Shown here: one piece after another, positions 35,541 through 49,736 of the stretch
Position numbering within the stretch: position 1 is the stretch's first letter
Layout: the number at the start of each line of letters is the position of its first letter
DNA from: Malacoraja senta
Lineage: Eukaryota
Direction of reading: 5' to 3'
Assembly: GCA_038087875.1 (NCBI GenBank)
Contig: CM075990.1
Span: 8,372,001 to 8,436,000, forward strand
DNA: 64,000 nucleotides
The notes under the pieces: generated by a model
What the model saw: only the letters and a program-made list of their open reading frames with translations
The model's database searches: none
Told to the model about the DNA's origin: nothing
Program-made: the position numbers and the translations under genes

Positions 35541-36428
35541 AGAAAAGTTTGGACTGTCTAACATTTCTTCATAAGCCAACCCATCCATTTCAGGTATTAG
35601 TCAAGAAAACCGTCTATGACCTGCTTTCAAGACATTAGCACCTTTCTATGGAAGCAAATGGTTTGCGTAGATACCTGAATTTCCTCATCACCTGGCTCAC
35701 CGCATTCCTAAAACTACTACAATCTGAAACTAGTATAGAAAGCTCTTGAGGAGTCAGCAATAGGTACAAACAAGATGGCCCCTTTTAATAACATGGGCAG
35801 GGGTGGTCTCCCTGTTAATCCATAGATGTTCCACCATGTATTGTTAAAGATAGAGCATTAGCTGCAACACTTGAATTTCGACATGGCACTACTTCTGTCA
35901 AGAAATGCCCTGAGCACTATTGGCTATGATGTGCTGCCTGTTCTGCATTTTCCCAGAGGCTGTTGCATACCAGTACCTTAATGGTATGTTGTTTGTCGGG
36001 ATTCATGTTGCATGGGTACGCACACACTGTCGACCACGCTTTTAGTACTCAGATTACATCTGTGTCATCCAAAAATGTCTGTCATCATTGTGATGATTGT
36101 TGCTGAGGTTTTTAGCTGACAATGGCGCAGATTTTGCACTGATATCATTTACATTTCCTGAATGGACAGATCTTCTCCGTTCCTTGATACAAAGCCAGAA
36201 TTCTGGCAACTGTTCCGCTAACTACAGTTAATTCCCCATTGGGATCATTGATATTCATATCATGCCAACTGCATCTCTTGAGTGCTGGAAACAGCCCAGC
36301 AAAGTGTCCAGAAAACCTGAGATAGACCCAAGAGAGATGAAATTTTGTTTCAGGGATATTTCAGTGTGGAGGCACACCATGTGGAAATGATCCAAAAACA
36401 AAATGATCTCAGCGTTGGTCTGAAGAAA

Positions 36429-36725
36429 TGTGTAGGTAGGAACTGCAGATGCTGGTCTAAACCGAAGATAGACACAAAAAGCTGGAGTAACTCAACTCGA
36501 CAGGCAGCATCTTTGGAGAGAAGGAATGGGTGACGTTTCGGGTCGAGACCCTTCTCCAGAACCGACGCGAAATGTCATCTATTCCCTCTCTCTAGAGATG
36601 CTGCCTGTCCCGCTGAGTTACTCCAGCTTTTTGTGTCTATCTTCAGTCTGAAGAAGGGTCCGTTCCCTCCACAGATCCTTCCTGACCTGCCGAGTTCCTC
36701 CAGCATTTTGTGTTCTGCTCATGAT
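36429..36725. mobile_element. Penelope-derived hammerhead repeat, inverted pair plus an extra arm
   Basis: Arms GAAGATAGACACAAAAAGCTGGAG / CTCCAGCTTTTTGTGTCTATCTTC. Confidence 0.78.
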
Positions 36726-37574
36726 CTCAGCATATCCAGAAGCTGTCGACAGTGTAGTTCAGGAGCTCAGGACCACTTCCATTGCTGGAACAACTTATGT
36801 TGCTGATGCATCCCAGAGGAGTTACTGCAACAACCCAATTAGGTCCCGCCATTCATTATTCTTTAATGTCTAATCTCCACATTTATGGAAGATTTTCAAG
36901 AATCTCTATTAAGTGTACCAAATTGTTTTGTGGTATTGTCAATGGGATATAATCATGCTATTATGAGATGTTGCCATGGCAATACCATCTCACTAGACTT
37001 CCTTTCATTTTGCTGATTACTTTCCACAAACCACATAACAGACTATAATTTGTTCTACATCCCTTGAACGTGAGGTTTTGTTGAATTTGTTCCTTGTTTC
37101 AAGCAGCTCCATCACTGCTAATCTACACTGCAGGCACCTTCTCATTGACTAAGACCCCACTCCACGTGACACCTTCAATTTCCAGAGTGGTGGATCCTAT
37201 AATTCTGGTCCTGGATTCCTGTCGGTCAATCAGTTGAATTCTTTAATCAGTGGAAAATAAACTTGGTCTTCCAATGGAACACCTACTTGAAAGACGTGAA
37301 GGTGCAAGTTACTATGCCAGGCCAATTGCCGATTGTTTCCTTAAAGACTGAGGATCTCAGGAAAAGGAATACACAGGACAGTGCAGCACGGGAACAGGCC
37401 CTTCAGCCCACAATGTCTGTACTGAACATGATGCCAAGTTAAACTAATCTTCTCTGCCTGTACATGATCCATATCCACATCAGATGGAGGTTTTGGCACT
37501 TGTACACTTTGGGACGACAGGCCATATAAATTGTTTTCTTAATTTTCAGCTCTTTGTTTTCAAATACATCTTAC

Positions 37575-38000
37575 CTCTTCCTTGGCAGTCCCTCTGGATC
37601 GAGGGAGACTTGCTCCCACTCTGATTCTGTGGGCTCTAAGGTGCCAAAGAGCCAAAATGGGACTTATCCACAGATGGGGCAGGAGGTGACTGGTGGCGTG
37701 GATGGGTGGGTTGTGAGGTGGTGCTGCACTTCTATCAAGGTCTTCTGTCTGCATACTCCTAACACGTGGACCTGAGGTCCTTAGTCCCTTCCTAAATGCT
37801 CCTCCTCCATTTTGAGCAGTCAGGGGTGACGGGTTGCTGGGAATCAGAGAGGATCTTTCATTTTCTTCACGGTGCCTTTGAGAACATCCATAAGTCTCCT
37901 TCTATCTCCTGGGTAATCTCTTCCCTTGACAGAGCTTGCAACACACTGTCGGTTTTGGGAGTCTGTGTCGTGGAGTGTCCAGCCGAGTTGACAGAGTTTA
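37575..38000 (-). mobile_element. Degraded RTE-like LINE 3' end
   Basis: Minus translation ...LWHLRAHRIRVGASLPRSRGTAK resembles RTE C-terminal HLRTH motifs. Confidence 0.4.
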
Positions 38001-38269
38001 ACTGAGACATCAGTGCTGGTGCTATTGATCTGGAAGGGGATGTAAGCTCACTTTCTCTTGTTGTGAATTGTGAGAGGTAAAACTAGGCCTATCTGAAGCA
38101 CAGGCTGCATCCCTTTTATAGATGAGATTGGAAACATTGTGCATTGCACAGGCCTGCTTCTCAGTTTGCTCTAGTATGCAACATGGCAAAAGGCCCACTG
38201 AGTCCACAATGACCAATACGAAAGGCCTTTGGCTACCAGCCTTGCACCTCAACCTATATTGATTGATTG

Positions 38270-38600
38270 ATAGATTGATTGAATTGATTGAATGGTACAG
38301 CATGGAAACCGGCCCTTCAGCCCACTGGGTCCATGCTGAACAGCAATCACCTGTCACATTAGTTCTATGATATCCCACTTTCTCATCCACTCCCTCCACA
38401 CTCGGGGCAATTTACAGAGGCCAATTAACCTACAAAGCAGCGCATCTTCCAGATGTGGGAGGATACCGGAACACCGGGAGGAAAGCAATGCAATCGCAGG
38501 GAGAACGTGCAGACTCCGCACAGACAGCATCCGAGGTCTTGACCAAATCCGCGTCTCCGGCACCGTGAAGAAGCAGCTCTATTTTGCTGCACACTGTGCC
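38270..38600 (-). mobile_element. Older HE1-like SINE with a (TCAA)n tail
   Basis: Colinear with the family. Confidence 0.75.
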
Positions 38601-40960
38601 GCTCTAATTCCTGTGTAAGTCCTGGCCAGTCACGGGCCATTAATGGTCAGCCTTTGCACAAGTGTCTCCCAGAGTGTATCTATTCTGCTCTTGATTGAGA
38701 GAAGTCATTTGTGGCATGACTGCATGGATCACTTGGTGAATTGTGTTCACAGGTACACTGTGATTCACTTATGGACACAAAACTACAACATTCTCTAGCC
38801 AGGAGGGCACATACATATATGTTTGTGCATGTAAGTTTGTGTGTGCGTGCATGTGTGTATCCATGAGTTGTGTCTGTCAGCGTGATAGGCATGTGTGTGT
38901 GTGTGTGTGTCTGTGTTTATCTGTCTGTGCCCCTACACTGTAAGGTGGTGCTTGCTAGAAAATAGGAGATTAATGTGGAGAAAGGATCCTCAAAGCAGAA
39001 CATGAGGGAAGAAATTCACGGATTTCATGACTTTCTTTATTCACAAGCTTTTTATAGAAATGTGAACATCAACATGAATTCTGCAATAGAATTTGTAGGC
39101 AAAGTTTTTTTTAATGAATCACGATCTATGATTGTTATGATGAGTTCTGAAATTTCTGTTGGAAGAGAGAAAGGCAATTCAAGGTGAAATTGTTGAAGAC
39201 AATTGTTGAAGAAATGTTTCAGCGGTGAGTTATGTGAGGTGAAACTGTGTTTCTGGCTCCTCACTGCTGCTGCAGCTGATTGATCTGAGTCCAAGACAAA
39301 ATGGCTATGTGTGCCTGCCCCCCGCGGAATGCCCTGGCAAGTGCAGCCCTTGCTCCTGGCTCACTATTCACTCCACTCATCCAAACTGAGCTGCCTTGAT
39401 ATTGGCCGTGGTCCATGATCGCATAACAGAAGTCTCCTTGTGGTCTACGGACAACTAGGCCCTTGCAGGCTCAGGCTCATTCAAGGGGATTCTGCAGCTT
39501 ATTCACATAGCACCTGGGCAGAGGCCATTGGAATCTTTAATGCATGGTGCAGTTAGACCAGCCTGAATGAGAAAGGGGTAGGTCTGTGCATGTGTTTGTG
39601 CTTGTATGTTTGCGAGTTTGAGTGAGCGTGCATGCATGCGTGTGTGTTTGTGTATGTCTGTGAGTGCGTGTACATGCGCCTGCGCACACATGGCAAGTCT
39701 GTATCCATGAATGGTGTCTGTGAGTGTGTGTCCACAATTGAATGTACGCGTGTAGGGAAACATCCGTGAACAAGTGGCTGATTGGCGTGTACGTCGGTGA
39801 CTGTATGTTTCTTTTGTGCATTTGTCACCCATTTAAGAGCCAAACCAAAGCAAGGAATAAATCCCAAAATGAGCTGCATTTGAAATCGATTCAAGGTGCA
39901 TCACCCTTTTCCTGTCTAAAGCTCCCTTTGAGGGGCTTCTACACTGTATACATGGGTTGAAGACCGCTGTGTGATTTGTTTTCCTCTTTGCTGCTGTCAT
40001 ACTCCACCTGTTCACTTGCCGTGTTCACACACGTGCACTGCCAGGGATAGGGTCTGATAGTTGTTCTGATGTCCCGTATGTTATGAAGTGGCGGGGGTAT
40101 AGACCCTGCCCATGAACTGCTGCTCCCATGTGGACAACTGATGCACAGTCGGTACTGATGGAGTGGTTTTAAACAGCTGCCCTGGTTCATGGAGTTCAAA
40201 GAATCATAGAGACATGGTCCGTGGAAGCAGGCTCTTCAGCCCAATGACACCATGCCAACCATATACACTAATCATATGTGAAGGAAGGAACTACAGGTGC
40301 TGGTTTACACCAAAGGTAGACACAACATTCTGGAGTAACTCAGCGGGTCAGGCAGCATCTCTGGAGAATATGGATAATTGGAGGTGACATTTTAGGTCGA
40401 AACCCTTTTCAGTCTCAGTTGACTCTGAGTCTGAAGAAGGGTCTCGACCCGAACTGTCACCTATTCCTTTTCTCCAGTGATGCTGCCTGACCCGCTGAGT
40501 CACTCCAGCCTTTTTTCCCCACATAAATCCTATACTCGTCCCTTGTGATTCACCCCACATTCCCATCAAACTCTCCAAATTCTACCATTCGCTTACCCCA
40601 CAGGTTAAATAGTCCCTGTGACTAGGGACTATGTACAGCTTTCAATGAACCTGTTTGTCTTTGGGATATGGGAGGGAACCAGAGCACCATGGGGACATCA
40701 AGACAGTCACAGGGAGAGCATGCAAACTCCAAACAGACAGACAAACTCCATACAGACTCCAGACAAATCAGAGGTCAGGATTGAACCCATGATGATAGAG
40801 CTGTTAGCAGCAGTTGTGCCACTCCGTGGGTAAGTCGACGTAGAAAATCCCCTCAGAAGGGAATTGCTCACAAACCAGAGGCACTTGTTTATCTCACATC
40901 GCTGTTTGTGTTGTATGTATCAAGCCTTTGGTGACTGCAGAATCTGACACGACTGAGGCA

Positions 40961-40962
<2 letters not shown>

Positions 40963-41004
<42 letters not shown>

Positions 41005-41065
41005 CCCTCTCTCCTCCCCTCTCTCCTCCCCTCTCTCCTCCTCCCCCTCCTCCCCCTCCTCCCCC
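40963..41065. repeat. (CT)n microsatellite grading into CTCCTCCC repeats
   Basis: Direct reading. Confidence 0.95.
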
Positions 41066-42270
41066 AAAGTGCTGTGGAGACGTCTCCAGCTCATCATCTT
41101 GTGCCCTTTTCCTGCACTGTTGCCTTGATTTTGCATCTCCTTGTGCCAACATAGGTCAGCCTGATAACACACCAGACAAATGAACTTGCAATCTACCATT
41201 CCTGACCTGAATTGTCTCAACCCGAAACATCACCTATTCCTTTTCTCCAGAGATGCTGCCTGACCCGCTGAGTTACTCCAGCATTTTTGTCCCTATCGTT
41301 GGTGTAAATCAGCATCTGCCGTTCATTATTACACATTGCAATGCGCCATTCTGTGAGAGACTCTTGGGTCCCGATCACTGATCTACCTGTCCCTTCCCAA
41401 CGTGTAAACATGCGTTGTCACTTTTCATTTCCACACTCCATTGATTAACACCACTCACAAACCATGGAGCTGCTCCCTCTGCCATCTGATGAATCAGTCT
41501 TGCCTCTGGAGATAGCAGAAAGATAGGAAAGTTATAGATGATAAAACACAGGCAATTGGGATTGTTATTGATAGCCTGCACAAGTTGGGACAGTCATGAC
41601 TCCATGAATTGAAGGTTTCACAAGAACAATTGGCAACATGGATCTCAGAAACTGCTGTGGCTGAGTCCACGCTTCCTGTCACATATCATTTTTACATTTG
41701 ATTCAATTATTATTCTATTTTAAGTGCATTAGTCAGGCTGTGTCATCTCCACATCTGCAGTTCCTTCCCACACCATGGATTTTCAGACCATGGTAATACA
41801 TTAGGGGATGTGTACTGTACTTTTCTATCTCAGCTCCTCTTCCAAACAACCTTCAGACATCCAGGCCATGGTTGAAATTCACGTCTGAGGAGTTTCCGGG
41901 GTCCGTGTGTGGGATCATGGAGTCATTCAGCACTGAAACAGGCCCCTCATGTCAAGTCCCTACCGATTATCGAGCACCCATTGATACCATATCTAAAATA
42001 CACCAATCCCACTTTGTTCTTCCCCACATCAACGACCCTCATATTCAACCACTATCGCGACGCTCACATACACACTTGGGGAATTAACAATGGCCCGTTG
42101 ATCTACCAATGCGCACATCAGTCACAGGGGGAGCATGCAATGCTGACACACACAGCACTGGAGTTGAGGACTGAACCTGGCTCACTGGAGCTGCACCAGC
42201 CACACCACTGTGCTGCCGTGGGGTCCAAGGACTGGGGCTCACCGTCCAAGGGCTGAGGTCAGAGAACTTA

Positions 42271-42588
42271 GGGTGGCACAGCGATAGAGTTGCTGCCCCA
42301 CAGCGCTTGCAGCGCCAGAGACCCGGGTTCGATCCTGACTATAGGTGCTTGCCTGTACGGAGTTTGTACATTCTCCCGGTGACCTGCGTGCGTTTTCTCC
42401 GGGTGCTCCGGTTTCCTCCCACACTCCAAAGACGTACAGGTATGTAGGTTAATTGGCTTGGTAAATGTAAAAATTGTCCCTAGTGTATGTAGGATAGTGT
42501 TAATGTGCGGGGATCGCTGGTCGGCGCGGACCCGGTGGGCCGAAGGGCCTGTTTCCGTGTTGTATCTCTAAACTAAATTAAACTAAAC
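42271..42588 (+). mobile_element. HE1-like SINE, full length
   Basis: GGGTTCGATCC B-box, core and (CTAAA)n tail. Confidence 0.92.
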
Positions 42589-43074
42589 ACCTTGTGTCCA
42601 GAGACCTTGAGTTGGTGTTTGCCGTCTATGAATGTACTGGAGCTCATAAACTCTTGAGAAATGTGTGAGACTGATTCTGTGAGGCAGGATTGATTTTGCT
42701 TGGACTTATCGCGGGTGGATTTGAGTGGCAGACATTCCCTCTGCAATGACCCGGGAATAACCGATTGGCAAACTGGTGCTGGCTCTGTGATATTCAATGT
42801 TGCTGTTGAACACAGCAGTGCCCAGTGTATTTCTGCACTGCTGTACATCTTTAGCATCTCCATCCTTCATTGATTCTCATCCTGGGATGATCGAAGAGCC
42901 ACATCCAGTGCTCCCATTTCTGTCTGCAGAGGGTGGATGGTTATGAAGGCAGATCCCAACCTTCATTGATGGCCTCATGTTGATTAAAGGTTGAGATTGG
43001 GCTCGCAGAGGTTTGGCCCACGCGGACGTGCTTCACACTAACCCAACAACACTAGTGGATGTTCGACCACATGG

Positions 43075-43615
43075 AACATGGAACAGTACAGCACTGGAAG
43101 AGGACATTCAGCCCACAATGTCTGTGCCAAACATAACGCCAAGACCAGCTCTTTGATCTGCCTGCACATAATCCATATCCCTCCATTCCCCACATATACA
43201 GGTGCCTGTCCAACAATATCTTAAATGCCACTGACTTCTACCTCGCCCACCACCCCAGGCAACACATTCCAGTCACCACCCTCTGTTTTAAAAACCCTGG
43301 CCTGTATCTTTAAACGTTGCTCCCCTCACCTTAGAGCTATGCCCTGTGGTATTTGTTATTTGCCTTCTAGAATAAAGTTCTGACTGTCTAACCTACCTAT
43401 ACCTCTTATAATTGTATTTACTTCTTTCAGGTCTTCCCGCAAACTCCGGCGTTCCAGAGAAAATAATCCAAACCAGTCCAACCTACCCCTCTAGCTAGAT
43501 AACCAGAACTGCATGCGATACCCCAGATGTGGCCTAACCAAAAGTCGTGTATTACGATTTCCTGCTTCTTTTACTCAATGTCCTGACCACAGAGGCAAAC
43601 ACATCATATGCTTTT
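43075..43615 (-). mobile_element. Degraded CR1 3' region
   Basis: Reverse-strand similarity to CR1 ORF2 end and tail. Confidence 0.65.
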
Positions 43616-43619
43616 ATTA

Positions 43620-43945
43620 TAGATACAAAAAGCTGGAGTAACTCAGTGGGACAGGCAACATCTCTGGAGAGAAGGAATGGGTGACGTTTCAGGTCGAGAC
43701 CCTTCTTCAGTCTGTCTCGACATTTCGACCCGAAACATTACCCATTCCTTCTCTCCAGAGAAGCTGCCTGTCCCGCTGAGTTACTCCAGCTTTTTGTGTC
43801 TATCTTCGGTTTAAACCAGCATCTGCATTTCCTTTCTACACATATGCTTTTGTTATTCTGAGAAAGGGTCTCGACCCAAAAGGTACCCCATTCCTTTTCT
43901 CCAGAGATGCTGCCTGACCTGCCGAGTTACTCCAGCTTTCTGCTT
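43620..43945. mobile_element. Penelope-derived hammerhead repeats; intact core on minus at 43683-43710
   Basis: Reverse complement reads CTGAAGAAGGGTCTCGACCTGAAACGTC. Confidence 0.78.
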
Positions 43946-44128
43946 TTGTTCCCACTCTATCGACTTGTGTTGCCACTGGGTGGTCAGTCAGTTGTACAAT
44001 CAATCCCACATCTCAGTCTGAGGGGGTGCACCTTGCTTGTGAGAGGAGAGACCCAGTTATAAGGAGTCTAGAACTACAAAGCCACACTTAACTTTAACGT
44101 GAGGCTGCTTGCAGTTGTTGTCTTTAAA

Positions 44129-44490
44129 CTTTTTTTTTATATTTCAAAATAGACTTTATTCAAGTAAATAAATATATACAATACAGGAACCATGCAAAAA
44201 ATTCATCCGACATTCTCGGAGGCTATACAAACATTCAATACTGTTTACCCAAATCACAATTTTACCCCGCACCCTTGCCACTCATGTGGCCGACTGGCGT
44301 GAAATCTCTTCCCTTATTTCGAGGGGCGTCTCCACCACACCCTGCCCCCCAATATCCAGCAGCGGAAGGACCCTAGACTGTGGTCCTCCCCCACAGAGCC
44401 TTGGCGTTGGCTGCACCGAGCTTCAGTGCGACCCTCAGCATGTACTCCTGCAGTCTGGAACGGGCCAGTCGGCAACATTCCCCTTGCCCC
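44129..44490 (-). mobile_element. L1-Tx1-type LINE 3' end with an A-rich tail
   Basis: ECCRLARSRLQEYMLRVALKLGAANAKALWGRTTV-stop, then AATAAA and poly(A) on minus. Confidence 0.65.
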
Positions 44491-44942
44491 CCGCCACGCC
44501 CTGTAGTATTTAATATTTCCTACTGAGAAGCGGGAGGTGAGTCCTTAACCCAGGCACTGGTTGTCTAGGCTGGAACAGAGACGTTCAGCCTTCTCATGGT
44601 TAAAAATCTATGCCTTGACAAGCATGGAATTCACCTTGACGAAGGTGAAGGCCGACAGTTCTGCTGTGTGACTGGGTTCTGTAGGAGCGAGACGATAATG
44701 GCATTGAGAGACCAAAACGGATGCAAAGCTATTGGATTTTAATTAAGACTTTCCATGGTCTGTCACTCATCCTGCCTGTCACCCAGATATCATCTCCTGC
44801 AGTGTGTACACAGCTGTAAGTGGACCACACTGTTGGGCTTTAGTTGTAATCTGTTAATTATTCTCTGGAGAGGTCAAGCCATGGTTTATTCAAGCTGTCA
44901 GTGGGAATAGCAGTTTACATGCCGGACCGGTGAAATGCTAAG

Positions 44943-45135
44943 AGGGAACCGCAGATGCTGGTTTAAACCGAAGATAGACGCAAAAAGCTGGAGTAACTCA
45001 GCGGGACCGGCAGCATCTCAGGAGAGAAGGAATGGGTGACGAAGAAGAAGGGCCTCGACCCGAAACGTCACCCATTCATTCTCTCCAGAGATGCCGCCTG
45101 TCCCGCTGAGTTACTCCAGCTTTTTTGTGTCCATT
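44943..45135. mobile_element. Penelope-derived hammerhead repeat, inverted pair
   Basis: Arms around GAAGAAGAAGGGCCTCGACCCGAAACGTC. Confidence 0.78.
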
Positions 45136-45490
45136 TCCAGTGAAATGGCACCTGCTCCAAAACTGGCTTAAAGAACACCCTCCTTCCTCGCACATGTTCC
45201 TTTTGGCCATTAATCCATCTCATCTACCTTTTCTTGGGGGTTACGGTTGACTTGCTTCCCCTACAGATCTGAGGAGTGGGAGATCCTGAGCACTACCCCT
45301 CTCCATAATGACCTGCGTTAAAATCCTGATTAGATTTGGTCACCCTGCTATAGGAAAGGATGTCATTGAGCTGGAAGGAGTGCGGAGAAGATTTATGAGG
45401 ATGTTGCCAGGATTCAAAGGCCTAAGCTACAGGGAGACATTGGGCAGGCTACAACTTTATCCCTTGGAGTGCAGAAGGATCAGGGGTGAT

Positions 45491-46362
45491 CTGGATAGGC
45501 TGGGTGAGTGGGCAAATGTTTGGCAGATGCAGTATAATGTGGATAAATGTGAGGTTATCCACTTTGGTAGCAAAAACGGGAAGGCAGACTATTATCTAAA
45601 TGGTGGCCGATTAGGAAATGGGGAGATGCAGCGAGACCTGGGTGTCATGGTACACCAGTCATTGAAAGTAGGCATGCAGGTGCAGCAGGCAGTGAAGAAA
45701 GCGAATGGTATGTTGGCCTTCATAGCAAGAGGATTTGAGTATAGGAGCAGTGAGGTTCTACTGCAGTTGTACAGGGTCTTGGTGAGACCACACCTGGAGT
45801 ATTGCGTACAGTTTTGGTCTCCAAATCTGAGGAAGGACATTATAGCCATAGAGGGAGTGCAGAGAAGGTTCACCAGACTGATTCCTGGGATGTCAGGACT
45901 TTCATATGAAGAAAGACTGGATAGACTTGGCTTATACTCGCTAGAATTTAGGAGATTGAGAGGGGATCTTATAGAAACGTACAAGATTCTTATGGGGTTG
46001 GACAGGCTAGATGCAGGAAGATTGTTCCCGATGTTGGGGAAGTCCAGGACAAGGGGTCACAGCTTAAGGATAAGGGGAAAATCCTTTAAGACCGAGATGA
46101 GGAAAAACTTTTTCACACAGAGAGTGGTGAATCTCTGGAACTCTCTGCCACAGAGGGTAGTTGAGGCCAGTTCATTGGCTATATTTAAGAGGGAATTAGA
46201 TGTGGCCCTTGTGGCTAAAGGGATCAGGGGGTATGGAGAGAAGGCAGGTACGGGATACTGAGTTGGATGATCAGCCATGATCGTATTGAATGGCGGTGCA
46301 GGCTCGAAGGGCCGAATGGCCTACTCCTGCACCTAATTTCTATGTATCTATGTATCTACGTA
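45491..46362 (+). mobile_element. Young 5'-truncated CR1 LINE (ORF2 C-terminus open) nested in an older CR1
   Basis: DLDRLGEWANVWQMQYNVDKCEVIHFG...VRPHLEYCVQFWSP...RGDLIETYK; (TATGTATC)n tail; the host resumes at TATAAAGGTGTTTAAA. Confidence 0.93.
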
Positions 46363-47099
46363 TCTTATAAAGGTGTTTAAACTCATGATATTGGTGAATA
46401 GGCAGAGTCTTTTATCCTGGGTGTTGGAATGATGAACAAGAGGACATCATGCATAGGAAGGAACTGCAGATAGACACAAGTCTGAAGAAGGGTGTCGACC
46501 CTCCCTGAGCTTTTCCAGGAGAGATCCACGGATTCAGGGCTTTTCCCAATTGCATTTTTCTTCCATCTTATTTTCCCGTTGAGAATTATTCTTTTTATGG
46601 GTTCACTCGAAGTGGAGATTTCAAGCAATGCACACAAATATTGTCCATTCCTGATTGCCCCTCAACTGAGGAACCAGCAGGGAATCAACCACATTGATGA
46701 GTCTGGAGTCTGGAGATCCAGACTGGATCAGCACAGCTTATTTTCTCCCCTGTTAGTAAACAAGATGGACACAAAAAGTTGGAGTAACTCAGCAGGACAG
46801 GCGGAATCTCTGGAGAGAAGGAATGGGCGACGTTTCAGGTCAAGACCCTTCTTTAGACACTTGACATTTCCGATATTGGAAAATATCACCCTGTTCAGCA
46901 GCAAATGTAAACAGAGAGATAGTATGGATTTGTACCACACCTGCACCAGACATGTATATTGAGATTGTCATTATTTTGTCTGAAGAAGGGTCTCCACCTG
47001 AAACGTCACCCATTCCTTCTCTCCAGGGATGCTGCCTGTCCTGCTGAGTTACTCCAGCCTTTTGTGTCTATTTTCGGTTTAAACCAGATCCTTCGTACA

Positions 47100-47300
47100 C
47101 AGCAAACAAGATGGATCTTAAATAGAAATCCAGTGGTTTCATGGCTATGCCCATGGAGATTCGCCTTATTTTAGGTTCCATATTTTATTTAAGTGCTCGA
47201 ATTTAAAATTCCCAGCTGCCATGGTGGGATTTGAACTCGAGCCGTTGGATCGATTATGCACAACTCCTGCTGCTCTTCCAGTACCTTAGCCACGGTGTGA
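47100..47300 (-). mobile_element. Older second tRNA-derived SINE family (relatives near 22140-22300, 46645-46730, 55290-55510, 61540-61870)
   Basis: Minus strand GAGTTCAAATCCCACCATGGCAGCTG B-box-like motif and shared downstream blocks. Confidence 0.5.
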
Positions 47301-49278
47301 CTGTGCCATGTTTTCACACAGCTATTGATCTGCATGCAGTGGGTGGCTGGTGATGGAGCCAGTGTGACTTCCACAGCCTCAGATTGATCTACCGTCAATT
47401 GAGATGGGCTTTCTATCTGCTCACTGCGCAGAGAAGGCTTGAAACTATCGCTCAAATGCAGCAGCAAATGTAAACAGATAGATAGCATGGATTTGTACCA
47501 CACTAACATGGGACTTGTGTAGATTGAGTTTGTTACCTCATTATTTTGTTTCTTCTAAAGCAAAATTCAAAGTGCTGCATTAACTCATCGTGTCAGGTAG
47601 TGTCTGTGGAGGGAAGGGATAGGCGACTCTTCAGGTTGGAACCCTTCTTCAGGCTGCCAGTGTTCCTGTCTGAAGAAGGGTCCTGACCCAACCCAAAATG
47701 TCGCCTGCCCATTCCCTCCACAGATGCTGCCTGACCCATTGAGTTACTCCAGCATTTTGTATCTTTTTTCAGATTCCAGCACCTGCGGTTACTTGTGTCC
47801 CCCATTTTGTTTGTTCTGTTGCCTTGCAGTCGAACTAAGGGTAGAGAGATGTCCTCGGAAAATATAAAGTCATAAAGAGTTACTGGCACACGGAGCACAG
47901 AAACAGGCCCTTCTGCCCCCCTGAGTCCACACTGGCGATCAGCTCTTGTGACGCATCTCACATCGGAGGCAGTAGTGCTTGCACATAGATTTTAGTGCAG
48001 AACTCATGAATTGATGTCCGCAGTGTATATAGTGAACAAGAAAGGATTCAGAGATGTTTACATAGCCCATGCAATAAGGATAATGTAAAGATGATGAAGC
48101 GTTCCATATCTGAATGAAAAAGGATGGTTGTGATTGTCATTGGCAATCACAGTGTGCCTGCCCCTCTCTAATGTCCCGTCTCACCACCATTCAATATGAT
48201 CATGGCTGATCATCCAAAATGATACCCCGTTCCTGCTGCTTTCTCCCCATATCCCTTGATTCCTTTAGCCCTAAGAGCTATATCTAACTGTATCTAATAT
48301 TGGAAGAGTCCCACCTTTAATTGAACAGTTTTGCAATTTATTCCCAGGGTTTATCGCAGAGCCTCTGGAGCAGAGTAATGTGTTGGAATTAGAATAAATT
48401 GGACATGTTAGTCATCATGACAATGAAATGTTTATCAGCGCCATTATCCCTGGTGATGGTGGTGTGAACAGACATTCGACAAAGCCGTTCCTGAGACTCC
48501 ATAGTGAATCCCCGACCAGGGGACTGCCTAATTAACCAAATGTAAGCAGAGGCAAGGGGAACAGCATGGAAAGAAAATGGTTTGTTCAATGTTAATCTGC
48601 CCGAGTTAATTGGGCAATTAAAGGGACCGGAAATACAAAGTGATGGTCTTGTGATCCTTGCACAAAGTATGGTTGCCAGATTGAGAAGGAGCAAACAGAT
48701 GGGCTTGTCTCAGCTTCCCACAGAGGCTGCATTCAATTGAAGAGAGTGAGGTAAATATTGGAGCTCAGAGAACAATGGTGAGGGAGAAAAAACTCCGTAA
48801 TTATCATGGTGATAGCTGCCATCATCAGACACTCTCCTGTTGTGAAAATGGCTTGGCAGTTTTACTGGGTGGATCTCTTAGAATTTAGATTCAGAAATGG
48901 CCATGGTCTCTAATATGATAAGTATAATTATGTTATATTCTGGAACTAAGGTGAATTTGCAGTTCCTGACATCCCCATCAGATTTTTTTTTAGATAGATT
49001 AATCATATTTATACAATAATAACAGATTTGCACTCGTTTCCAAAGAATCACCATATGAACCAGTTCAGTCTAGTTTATTGTCATGTGTATAGTGGGAGGC
49101 TTTTGTTGCGTGCTAACCAGTCAGCGGAAAGACAATACATGATTACAATCGAGCCATTCACAGTACACAGAATAGAGATTTAAAAGTGTGGAGCGATTGT
49201 AATGTGTGGTTGTAGTTCCGCTTCTGGGACGAGCACCGAAATAGTCGTCTGGCATGGCTGCCATCTTGGAAGTGTCAG

Positions 49279-49492
49279 TCACGGTGGCACAGCGGTAGAG
49301 TTGCTGCCTTACAGCAAAATGCAGCGCCAGAGACCCGGGTTCGATCCCGACTACGGGTGCTGTCTGTATCCAGTTTGTACGCTCTCCCCGTGATCTTCTT
49401 GGGTTTTCTCCGAGATCTTCGGTTTCCTCCCACACTCCAAAGACGTACAGGTTTGTAGGTTAATTGGCTTGATAAAAATGTAAAATTGTCCA
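49279..49492 (+). mobile_element. HE1-like SINE, 3' truncated
   Basis: Family match. Confidence 0.85.
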
Positions 49493-49736
49493 AGTTGATG
49501 ATATGCAGAGTATAGCTGTGCCGACTACAAAATTCAGAAGGTCCAGAAGGTTCAGAAGCATGTGAAGCAGTCCAAGAACAAAATATTACAGTTCGAGAAA
49601 GTCTGAGAAAGACCATAAAGTTCTGGTAATACGTGCAGGACAGGCAGCATCCACGGAGAGAGAATCAACGTTAATCCCTCATGTTAAAGACTATCATCAG
49701 AGCTGTCAGAATGTTCTGATGACAGTTCATCATTAC

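Noticed and set aside
42271..42345. tRNA genes at GGTTCGATCC motifs
   Set aside because: These are SINE heads that continue into the SINE core and LINE-derived tail
45308..46261. 317-aa ORF as a host gene
   Set aside because: Chance in-frame fusion of an old CR1 fragment with a young truncated CR1 ORF2; the same applies to 53585-54421
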